DNA of 20,000 nt from the IMG/VR virus record IMGVR_UViG_3300025071_000009. One strand, given 5' to 3'. Both the position numbers and the translations under genes were made by a program. Below, in pieces: positions 8,728-18,300 of the stretch. The stretch's first letter is position 1. The number at the start of each line of letters is the position of its first letter. The notes under the pieces were generated by a model. It searched no databases and was not told the origin of the DNA. It was given only the letters and a program-made list of their open reading frames with translations. This DNA comes from an uncultured virus (IMG/VR IMGVR_UViG_3300025071_000009) (taxonomy: Duplodnaviria; Heunggongvirae; Uroviricota; Caudoviricetes).

Positions 8728-10147
8728 TGTTCACCACTCTAAACTTGTGCTTGAAAGAAAGTTGTTCATACGACTTGGTCGCGACGTTATACAGGGATAG
8801 TTCAACTTGATAGGTGTAGTTGGGTTCCAACATTCCTATGTCCAAATCAAAATAGTTCCCTCGAGAATCGTATGATAGCAAAGTCGAGTTGTTTGTTGTG
8901 TCGTAGTCAAAGATTGTTTCATCTGTGGCAACTTTAATAATTTTATAATAAAGGCTCTCGAACACTTCAGTTTGAGGTACGGTTGTTGCTGTAGTATAAA
9001 TGTTTGGGCTCCAATTCTTCTGCCTAATGTAGAGATAGAATCTGCTTGTTTGGTCTTTGTAGTGGAAGCTTCGATTGTTTGATACCGTTACCACTAGATT
9101 ATTATCGGGTGCAGCAGTGATTGCTGTGGATTGCTTAACGTTGATGGTTCCAGAGTGATATTGGTTTGCGCCTTTGTACCAAACATCATTAAGTGTAGAA
9201 GATGTTGTATTGAGGCAAACGCTAGCGGTGTAAATACCGGTCTCAACCCATCCTCCGGTTGCAGGAGTGTCTACACATTGAGTCAGTGCAGTGCTACCTA
9301 GAGAGGCATATAAGTCTACATAGATTACCCCCTGTGCGACTGCAGGGATGTCTGCTAGTTGTCCACGGTGATAGTTGTATAGATATAGAGTGTTCAAGTT
9401 GTCTGCTGCTGGAGCTAATGATGACGAAGAATAAAAGTTAACTCTATCATCCATCACTTGTGAATTCCATCGAACTTCCAAGACTGGTCTCTTGTGAAAG
9501 AATTCGCTTCCCCTTGCGAAGAATCTTTTGGTATAATAAGACCTCTGTTGGGTACCATCAGCTAATGAAGTTGGAAGTTTAACTAGAAAACCATTATTTG
9601 GCTTGGTATTGTCTAGCCACAATGCGACTTGAGATGTTACATCCACATTTAAATCTTCTAAACCTGTGTCTAAAAATTGAGTAGCAGTAGGGGATGCGTT
9701 TATATCACCACCTTCGGCGGTCCAAGCTGTTGATCCTGAGCGGACAATCCAGTTAGATCCAAAACCTGAAGACAAGTCTGTGTACCCTTCCATGTCCAGT
9801 CCCAAACCTTCCTGCCAAGCACCATTTATGCTATTGACGTTTAAATTGTATTCTCTGGGGATTGTCTCTCCATGTTCGGCATTGAACAATCTAAGAAAGT
9901 ATTTTGCGTTTGAAGGTATTGTCTTGTTGGCTATGTCGGCTTCAATTTGAGTTAGATCAAATTCAACCAAAACTCTAGCCTCTTCAAGTGAAAATCCAGT
10001 TGCTGAAGATGAGACTTGTCCATAAATACTGAACACTTCCAATATATCAGAAAGGCCCATACTACCAGAGACACCTCTTGTGGTCAGGGATTCTCCAAAT
10101 GCATTTGTAATTGTATTGTCTTGTGTAGCGAAATATCTTTTAATCAT
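8717..10147 (-). CDS. DNRLRE-domain (CBM96-like) virion/baseplate-associated protein, 476 aa
   Basis: The N-terminal ~227 aa show the DNRLRE pattern ARVLVEFDL...LRLFNA...WQEG...SNW...W...GGD...VDVTSQVALWL...NNGFLVK...FFARGSEF...RPVLEVRW. The C-terminal half is beta-rich. There is an ATGA overlap with the gp6-like stop codon. Confidence 0.7.
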   Translation of the reverse strand: MIKRYFATQDNTITNAFGESLTTRGVSGSMGLSDILEVFSIYGQVSSSATGFSLEEARVLVEFDLTQIEADIANKTIPSNAKYFLRLFNAEHGETIPREYNLNVNSINGAWQEGLGLDMEGYTDLSSGFGSNWIVRSGSTAWTAEGGDINASPTATQFLDTGLEDLNVDVTSQVALWLDNTKPNNGFLVKLPTSLADGTQQRSYYTKRFFARGSEFFHKRPVLEVRWNSQVMDDRVNFYSSSSLAPAADNLNTLYLYNYHRGQLADIPAVAQGVIYVDLYASLGSTALTQCVDTPATGGWVETGIYTASVCLNTTSSTLNDVWYKGANQYHSGTINVKQSTAITAAPDNNLVVTVSNNRSFHYKDQTSRFYLYIRQKNWSPNIYTTATTVPQTEVFESLYYKIIKVATDETIFDYDTTNNSTLLSYDSRGNYFDLDIGMLEPNYTYQVELSLYNVATKSYEQLSFKHKFRVVNNEY

Positions 10148-11946
10148 CGGATTAGGGTCCCCTTAATATCTCTGTTGGGATATTTTAATTCCATAATAGC
10201 ATTCTTTGGAGTCATAATATATGTTCCATCGGCAGATAGTGCATCGTCAAAGTTAATATTTACTGATGAATAATCTGCTCCACGTTTTTGCAATGCTCGA
10301 ACGGTCTTAACATCCGCTACGCCTTCAACTTTGCTCAAGATGGAATATAGTCTTGTAATGTAGATTGGCTCTCCGATGTATAATTGGTTTGAAAAATATT
10401 GAGTGAGGGCTTCGTTGCATTTTCCAATAATATTGATACCCTTGAATCTTGTGTCTAAAACAACCTTATAATCAAGTCCAAAGTTTACAATCTTAGCGTC
10501 GAAAATATCAACTACATCATTGATTGCCTTATATTGAGAGATCCAATTCTTCATGTTAGTCTTCAGGGAGGATCCTGCTGTTACTAGGTTTCCATTTCTA
10601 TCTTCAGATATAACGTATATGGCCATCCTTCTATTTGCTGAAGAGGGGTCGTTCACTACACTTACTCGTTTGATAATTCCAAATTTGTTTGGCATATTAT
10701 AAATCATAGATTCATAGTCTTGACGAGTCACTGCTCTTGACTGGGTAGTATAATACCCTTTTGCTCTCTGCTTTAATTCTTCTGTTGTGATTTGTTCAGT
10801 TGCTCCAACGATTGGCTCTTCGTTTGTTATCTCGAGAGAACCGATGACGGAATTCTTCTTTGTTTGATCCAAAGTTAATTCACTTGGGAACTTAAAAGTT
10901 GCGCGTTGGACTTTAGTGACGGTATTCGAGGAAGCGTTTGCTGAGTTAGAATCGTTCGTCTTCAATATGATCGTTAGCTTTGTCCCAGATGGAGAAAGTC
11001 CAAGCTTAGAAGTTCCAACTAATTTTGAAGGATCAAACCTAAAATTAGACACATAAGTCTTTCCATGCATCTGTATGGCTACCTTAGCTGGGTCTACCAA
11101 ATCTTCTTCATCTGAGTCTTCGGATCCAAAGCCAAACTGGAGATATGTACCAGTGTCGTCTTGTTCCATTACGAATCGTCGGGCTGCTGAAAAGGGTTTT
11201 AATATACTTCTTACGCCTTCCGCTGTTGCATTCCTATTCGTAGTCTCTTCGAAGACAACTTCTTGCGATAAATTATCAACTTCGTAATATTTGTTACCAT
11301 CTGAGTCTACTACAGATATGATCTCGACGACATCGTCTCCGCCAATGCGGACTCTCCTAAATCTTTCAAATGAAGAGTTACTTAGGTTGACGGTTGCTTT
11401 AGAAAATAAACCAGAAGATATTTGGCCAAATGCTTTAACTGCGAAAAATGTTGTTGCACCAGTCGCGTTATCAAACCTTGCTGCTACAATATCGTTATTC
11501 AATTCCCCAAAGTCAATATCTTCAGTTAAAATGAAATTTCCACCATTAGAACTTGAAAAAGTTGCCCCTTGCTGAAGTACAGGCATGTAAGTCAAATCTG
11601 GTGCGGTACCATCTGTGTTCGCAGGTACCATACAAAATAGAGATATTGTACCATAAGTACTTGGTGATCCGGCGTACTTAAAACCTAGAGTTCTTGCGTG
11701 TTTTCGGACATTATTGAATTCAATAGCTGTGTCAAGAAATGATTCGTTTGCTTGATAATCCAAATAGAAAGAAAGCACATCTCCTACATAAGCAACGGAA
11801 TCAATCATTAAAGAGTTGATTGTTGATTTGGAAAAGTCTTTCCACTCATCTGGATAAAATCGCTTTGCATGCTCTATTAGATCTTGTCGAATTGTATCGA
11901 AATCTCTACTGGTATATTTGATTGGTGTTTTCTTTTGTTTAGACAT
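10144..11946 (-). CDS. Baseplate wedge subunit, T4 gp6-like (baseplate J superfamily), 600 aa
   Basis: N-terminal YTSRDFDTIRQDL...DFS...LMIDSVAYVGDVLSFYLDYQANESFLDTA...ARTLGFK and C-terminal ELKQRA...QSRAVTRQDYE, both typical of gp6/gpJ. It is adjacent to the gp25-like gene, with an SD-like GAGGG 6 nt upstream. Confidence 0.92.
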   Translation of the reverse strand: MSKQKKTPIKYTSRDFDTIRQDLIEHAKRFYPDEWKDFSKSTINSLMIDSVAYVGDVLSFYLDYQANESFLDTAIEFNNVRKHARTLGFKYAGSPSTYGTISLFCMVPANTDGTAPDLTYMPVLQQGATFSSSNGGNFILTEDIDFGELNNDIVAARFDNATGATTFFAVKAFGQISSGLFSKATVNLSNSSFERFRRVRIGGDDVVEIISVVDSDGNKYYEVDNLSQEVVFEETTNRNATAEGVRSILKPFSAARRFVMEQDDTGTYLQFGFGSEDSDEEDLVDPAKVAIQMHGKTYVSNFRFDPSKLVGTSKLGLSPSGTKLTIILKTNDSNSANASSNTVTKVQRATFKFPSELTLDQTKKNSVIGSLEITNEEPIVGATEQITTEELKQRAKGYYTTQSRAVTRQDYESMIYNMPNKFGIIKRVSVVNDPSSANRRMAIYVISEDRNGNLVTAGSSLKTNMKNWISQYKAINDVVDIFDAKIVNFGLDYKVVLDTRFKGINIIGKCNEALTQYFSNQLYIGEPIYITRLYSILSKVEGVADVKTVRALQKRGADYSSVNINFDDALSADGTYIMTPKNAIMELKYPNRDIKGTLIR

Positions 11947-11964
11947 ATGAGACCCTCGTCAAGA

Positions 11965-11975
11965 ACTAAATAGTT
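11965..11975 (-). promoter_or_regulatory. Conserved upstream motif AACTATTTAGT, copy 2 (putative phage late promoter or operator)
   Basis: Identical to 1899-1909 and 18 nt upstream of ATG 11946 in a 52-nt spacer. Here it extends to the quasi-palindrome AACTA-TT-TAGTT (11964-11975). Confidence 0.6.
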
Positions 11976-11998
11976 AATCAGGGAAAAGCGATTGCTGT

Positions 11999-12376
11999 TT
12001 AGGACACCTCGACCTCAAAAAGCTCTGGAATACTTAATCCGTTGTATCTGAACCTTAGTTGAACCTTTAATAGTTGAATATCCGAATCGATTTGTATGTT
12101 GATTCCGTCAATTTGTACATATGGCATGTAGGTTGCTGACTGGTTTCTTATTTCCCCTTCTAGAAAACCGGTTGATATTGTTGAGTCGTTTTCAAACAAA
12201 TATGCATGCAAGCCAACGCCGAAGTTTGGATCCCAAACATACTCGCCCTTCCTCGTTAACAATAACATTTTCATGTTCTGCTTAATCGCATTTGTAGTAT
12301 CCGTATTTGGATGTGAATCGATCCCAGCATTGTTATCGCTGTTCATATTGATTGGAAATATTATCGATAAAGACAT
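11999..12376 (-). CDS. Baseplate protein, GPW/gp25 family (sheath initiator), 125 aa
   Basis: Family motif AIKQNMKMLLLTRKGEYVWDPNFGVGLHAYLFEN...I...MPYVQI; typical size; immediately upstream of the gp6-like gene; SD-like GAGG upstream; TAA-ATG abutment with the previous gene. Confidence 0.92.
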   Translation of the reverse strand: MSLSIIFPINMNSDNNAGIDSHPNTDTTNAIKQNMKMLLLTRKGEYVWDPNFGVGLHAYLFENDSTISTGFLEGEIRNQSATYMPYVQIDGINIQIDSDIQLLKVQLRFRYNGLSIPELFEVEVS

Positions 12377-15300
12377 TTAATCATCCTCAAATAGTTTCTG
12401 GAATTCATTCACACAAGGTTTACCATCTTCATCAAATGGTTTTGCGTCAACAATACGAAGTCTCTGCAGAAAACCTACTCCACCTACATTTAAGTAGAGC
12501 TCTGGTATCAAATTCTTTAAGAAGTTTATGTTCGATTGCCTATTTCTTGATGCGCGGCTGCTTTTTGTGTCGTCTTGAGAATTGTAAACAGAACGAAACT
12601 GTTTTCTCAACAGTCTCTTTGTATCATTAAATATTCTTTTTTTCCAACCTTGAGATATAAAGAATTGGCGCTCTTCTTCTACTTCTAGCTTGCCGATTGA
12701 TTCAATAAAATTTTCATATGAATATATTCCAAATAAAGACGTGAAGCTTTTTGTCTTAAATATTTTCTCAAACAAGGTGATGAAACTGTCTTCTTCAGAT
12801 AATCTATCAACATAGCACTTGATATCCTCTCCCATATTTGGATCTACCAAGTCAAGGTCTTTAATTTCAACATCCATAACATCAAGCTCGTATGTTGAAA
12901 TGGGAATGTGTTGCAAGTCAACACTATTCTCACCAGACATTACTGATCGAGGTAGGCGCTCGGCTGTTGAATTTAAGTTCGGTGTAAGGCCAAGTGCACT
13001 AGATACGCACATCAGAAGTCTAACTCCAAATTTTACGCCGATGGTGCCTTGCAATTTGCCTTCTGATGTCACGAGAGCGTTCCCAAAGTGATCCGATAAT
13101 CGAGAGTTTTCATCATAAATTGTCCTATTAGACATCATCGATTGAAATTCCGACACTCTCATTACTTGCTCGGTCTCATCCTTGTTAACTATTCTTACAT
13201 ATTTTTCTAGATACATTACGCCTGTTTTCTCTATATCTTCAAGGGTTTTGGATATTGTCCCCAAAGGACTCTTGAGGTCTTGAGATGCGCAATCCAAAAT
13301 GCTCCCATAGTCAGGCTTACTTGCGCCTTCGACGACTTCCTGTTCCACATTAACAAATCCTGATTTTATGCTTGATTGATCTAATATACCCTCGGTTGAC
13401 AACATGTACTTTTTAATATCAAAAACGTGCGGACGTGGTCGTAGATTAAGGTTCAACTTCTTAGATAAGACAGTAGTCTCCTTTTGAACCAAAGCGGCTA
13501 GAAACACCTCTGCTGCTTCTTGTGTCTCGTGAATTACCGCCACTTTTCGAGCGAGGTTGATCTTGTAACCATTTAAAGTTTTAAAGTTTAGTGTTTCGCC
13601 TTGTGGTGTGGTTGCCCACTTATTTCCATATGCGAGGATTCGAGAACCATCGTATAGTTGACTTCTAACTCCATCAGGGAACTGTCCAAGTAACAAATCG
13701 GCAAATCTTAGTTTCTCATAATTGTTCTGTGCCTTATTTATGATTCTGGAAGCCTCTTTCATTTCTTCGGTCTCTTCCATGAGACCATCAATTATTTGCC
13801 TTTGGACAACTTGGACTGCCTGCTCTAAAAACAAGAGATAATATGCAAGACGAGAAATGCTTGAAAGGAATCCTGCTTCCGACATTTCTCTCTGCATCGC
13901 ATCGGCGATGGAATTTGTAATTAAAGAATCTACATTTAAATCTGAAAACTGGATTGAACCGAAGACAGGGAAGGTCCTAATCATGAACTCTGTAGCATAC
14001 ATTCTTATTGTTGAAACTACAATACCCTCGATAATTCCATGATTTGCCGGCATAATCTGTCGGTCATATGGGACCTCAAGTCGACACTCTAGAGGTTCAC
14101 TTAGTCTCTCATCTATCGGAAGGTTTGACTCAACTTGTTTCGCACGTTGAGCTATCTCAGTCATATTCAAGAATCCATTGTCTTTATCTTCACAAGCTTC
14201 TAGTTGTGGAATGAAGGTTTTAATGGTTCCAAGCCACCCATTGTATGTCGCAGGTTCAATATAGATCTTGGGAGCCTTGAATCTACCGCCATGAACCACT
14301 GGATCGAGAAAAAATACTCTTGGGTTTTCCGTTGCTGACTTACCAAGTATTGAATCTTCCTCATCGTAAGTGTACTTCCATGTACTTTGATCGTTAGGGT
14401 CTGCTGTTGGGTCAACATAGACCAAGTCTTCAAACCCAATTGCTTGCTGTTGATCATATCCGAAATTAAACCCAACAGGAGTTGCACCCTTTGGTGTTTC
14501 AACAATCGCATTTCGAATAACATTTAAGACATTCATATTCAAATTATCAAACAAAGCAATTACTTTAGAGGCCTTAGGTGGATTTTGAGAGCCGGACTTC
14601 TGTTTTAGAAGATTGGAAAAGAGCTTAACTTCATTTGGTGCGACTTCATAGTTTACCATACCCAACTCTTTCTTGTTGAAGGTTTGGTTTCTCTTTGCGT
14701 TTAAAGTAACTTCCGAGTCTTCAGATATCTTAATTCCTAGAATCTTTACGGCGTTAGTCTCTCGAACAAATGCTCGCTGTGTTGACTTATTGTTGTGCCT
14801 AAGCTTATAGGACAATGTCGATTCAAAATCTGGATTGTCGGAGTCTTGGAACCTCATTCTTAGTTGTGGCTCATCTTTGTTGGTCTTATAGTTGAGAGAC
14901 AATTCTTTTAATTGGTTCAACATTTGAAGACCTACAGTCTCAGGCAGCATACCTCGTCTAAGATCTTTATCCATTATTTTGTCTTTAATAAATCCGGCAT
15001 CGTCTTTTCTTTCATCCCACTGCTCTTCCGTATCAACGTAGTTGGCATACAGAAAGGTGCGATCTCCAATAGTAACACGGCGATTGTGTTGTTGGAGGTG
15101 GTTTCCTCGGGTGTCTATTAAGATGTTTCCAATCAAAGAGCTTCTTTCTCCTATCAAATCTTCTAGGAATTTAGACTCAATCCTCTTGAAATAGTCATTG
15201 AGTAAATCTTGCTTGTCTTGCGCCAGAGATTCATCTTCTGTGATGATAGCAGAAGGATCATTCGCACATGCAGGATCCGCTTGGTTCAATATAGCGTCTA

Positions 15301-18300
15301 GCGCTTCCCCTAGTAGCCCGTCAGGGCCTCTTTGGAGAATGTCGGCTAAAGAGCCAAGGTTGTCGAGTGCACGTTCGTTAGCCTTATCTATCATCTCATC
15401 AGCGGTGGATTCATCTAGTCCATTATCCAAATAGATACTCTTCCTGTTAGAATTCCAAAGGTCAAGCTCGTCTTGAGTTAAACAAATGGCGTCATATATC
15501 GGAGCGTCCAAATCTTCGTTGGATTGATTCTTGAGGAAATCTTTTAGATCTGGTGGTATATATTTTCCTATTGATCCAAATGCATCTTTGACATCATCCA
15601 CATCGCCAAGCAAGTCAGACAGTTCTGGACATCTTGAGTTTACCAAAATGGCAAACTTGGAAGCAGTTTGGTCGTCCATATTGCTTGGAGTGTTTGTTAG
15701 TAGGTCTATGATTTCTCTTTTGGACATTGTTCCATTGATTGCTTTAAACAGGCAATCATAAGCAGAGTCAGGAACTGCACCTTTGCCGAGTGCATTACCA
15801 AAAGCATTTCTTTGAATGTTGCTTAGTTCATCCTCATCGGCATCTGGGCAGAACGCATCCGCGAATGCCTCGTCTAATCCAGCTGAGGATCCACCAGTGA
15901 GTTGTCCTGCTACGAATTGGCCAATCGCATTTAGCGACTTACATAAGGCATTGTCTAAAGTCTCGAATATTTTCAAGAGCAGCATTGTAATAACTTTTGT
16001 AATTACAGTTTCCACTGTGTTAACAAATGCATTCCTAAGTTTTGTAAGGAAAAATGCCCTGTCGAAGTTCAATGGAGTCTTAACTTCCTTAATTTTTGAT
16101 GGCCATGCAAGACCAACGTGACGAGTAGGACCACACACGTCCAAAGACAATGAACCTAGAAAGCTTTTTATTGGAGGATTGAACTGTCCTTGAGTTGAGC
16201 ACTTAAATATCTGATCTAAAGTGTTGAACACTAAAGTTCCACCGGGAACTTGAGATAGAGAATTTCCAATTTCATCTAGATTCATCACATCGAAAACATA
16301 CTCTATGTAAGCTTCTACTACTGCTTCTTGGATATTGCCCAATGGCTTACCGAAAGTTCCTTGAGCCTTCTTTTGCTCTTCTAATTGTAAAGTCTTTTCT
16401 TCATCCGTCATTTCTTTGAAATCTTTCAACTCGTCAGGAGCTGATGATACTGTGTTTTCAATTTGTTGTTTTAGTTCGTTAATAGAGATCAACATAGCAG
16501 CAGGATCAAGAATACCATTGAGCCTAGCTTGTGCTGATGCTAAGGATATGGACTTTTCCCTAAAGACTCTTTTCGTTCCTTCTTGGATTTCCGGTGCGGT
16601 GGCGGTTTGTATACTTTGAATTTCCAGCAGATCCATAGCTTTTTTTGCTTTATCGTATTCTATTTGAGCATCTTCCAAGTCAAGCACGGCGGTTACCTTG
16701 GCGTCGATAGAGTTATCATAATCCCTCTGCAACTCTTCAATTCTAGTCTCAAGCCTCTCTATTTCCGATTGTCTGCTTTGATTTGCTGCTTCTATGGCAG
16801 GATTTTGCGTTGAGAGATATCCCTTATAGGCATTCTTGTTTGCAGCTCCACTATCATAATCATCTTCCCATGGTAAAGGGATGTTTCCGAATTCTGCTTC
16901 AAGTTTCTTTCTGAGCTCGGCTTGTTTGTCTGGTGGGAGACCTCCAATGAAGAATCCGAAAACATCCAGATCCATAGCTTGCATTGCTGCTCGGAACATC
17001 TTGTCAAAGGCTCGCTCTTTTGTTACTCCGGAGAATAAGCAGCGAATAGCGTTTATTGTGATGGTGTTTAAGTTGCAAATCGACAATCTAGCCAAAAGAT
17101 CCTTCACATCGCTCAATGACCCTATTTTTTGCTCCATTTTTTTAAAAGATGGTTTCCCAGTCTTTTCATATTCCTCCCAATCGACCAAAGAGGATAGCAA
17201 AGTATCGCTCTTGCTAATTTCTTCCATTGCGATCTTATATGCTTTCTTTGTGTATGGGTGAGATTTCGCATTTTTTCTTGCTCGCTTTGCAGTGTTTTTT
17301 CTTTGAGTTTTTTCTTTTTTTCTTTGTATTCTTTCGCCGTCGTCACGATTAAGGGTTCGAAGTTTTAAATTCAAAGTTGATCTTTCCATTGTTGATTCTA
17401 ATTCGCTTTTTTTGATAGTACCTATCATCTTACTGACTTCATCCAACTGTGGTTGAGTTGAGATTCCGGAATCAATGCTTGCCTTAATTACGCTTTCTTC
17501 GCCTTCAAGCTTCTCTCTTTCAATTCTCATAAGTGTAATTCGTCTATCTAGTTCTATTATTGCTTGGGCAATTTCTCCAATTTCATCTGGTCTTTCATTT
17601 TGAGTATCTTTTAAGGTCTTCCTAGCGGCGTGTCCTTCTCCGTAGCCAAAATCTTTCTCAAACTCTTTCACTTCCGGTTGATTTTCTGTTGAATACAACT
17701 CTTCACAAGATGCTGCCGATGAGTATTGGAACGACATAGTCTCCATGAAAGACAATGCTTCATTAAGAATATAATCTCGCAGTTCACCTCCGAACTCTCT
17801 AGCGTTCTCTTCGACGCATTTCCCAAGAGAATCTCCGACAGCTTGCATATTTAGGCTTCCATAGTCAACCGTTATAAGTGGATAAGTATATTTCACAAGG
17901 AAATCAAGCCATGGCGTGGTTTCTCGTGATTGTAGAGTCATATCTATATTACTTATCTTCGCAATATAATTCAACAATGTTGGGCGTTTGTTGTATTTCT
18001 TTTTAAATTTATTAATGCCCTTTCGGAGCTTTTGCTCGTCACAACCTTCTTTCCATGCATACACTGCTTTGATCGTATATGGGTTGCCGTTCGGGCCTGT
18101 TTTAAAATCTATACGAACATTGTCTGCATTTAACTTGTTGGCGCTGGGGATATTGGATCTGATATTAACATCATTCTTGGTAGCTAGTTGTTTTAGGTCT
18201 GAGTAAAATTGATCCACTTTTGAAGACATTCTGGTGGCATAATAGTCTTTGCCACTTTCCTTGAACTTTAAGAATCCGTCTTGGGTTTGATAAAAATTAG

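Noticed and set aside
8849..8857. AACTATTTT resembling the upstream motif
   Set aside because: It is only a partial match inside codons G-N-Y-F, about 120 nt from the next start, and is expected by chance in AT-rich DNA.
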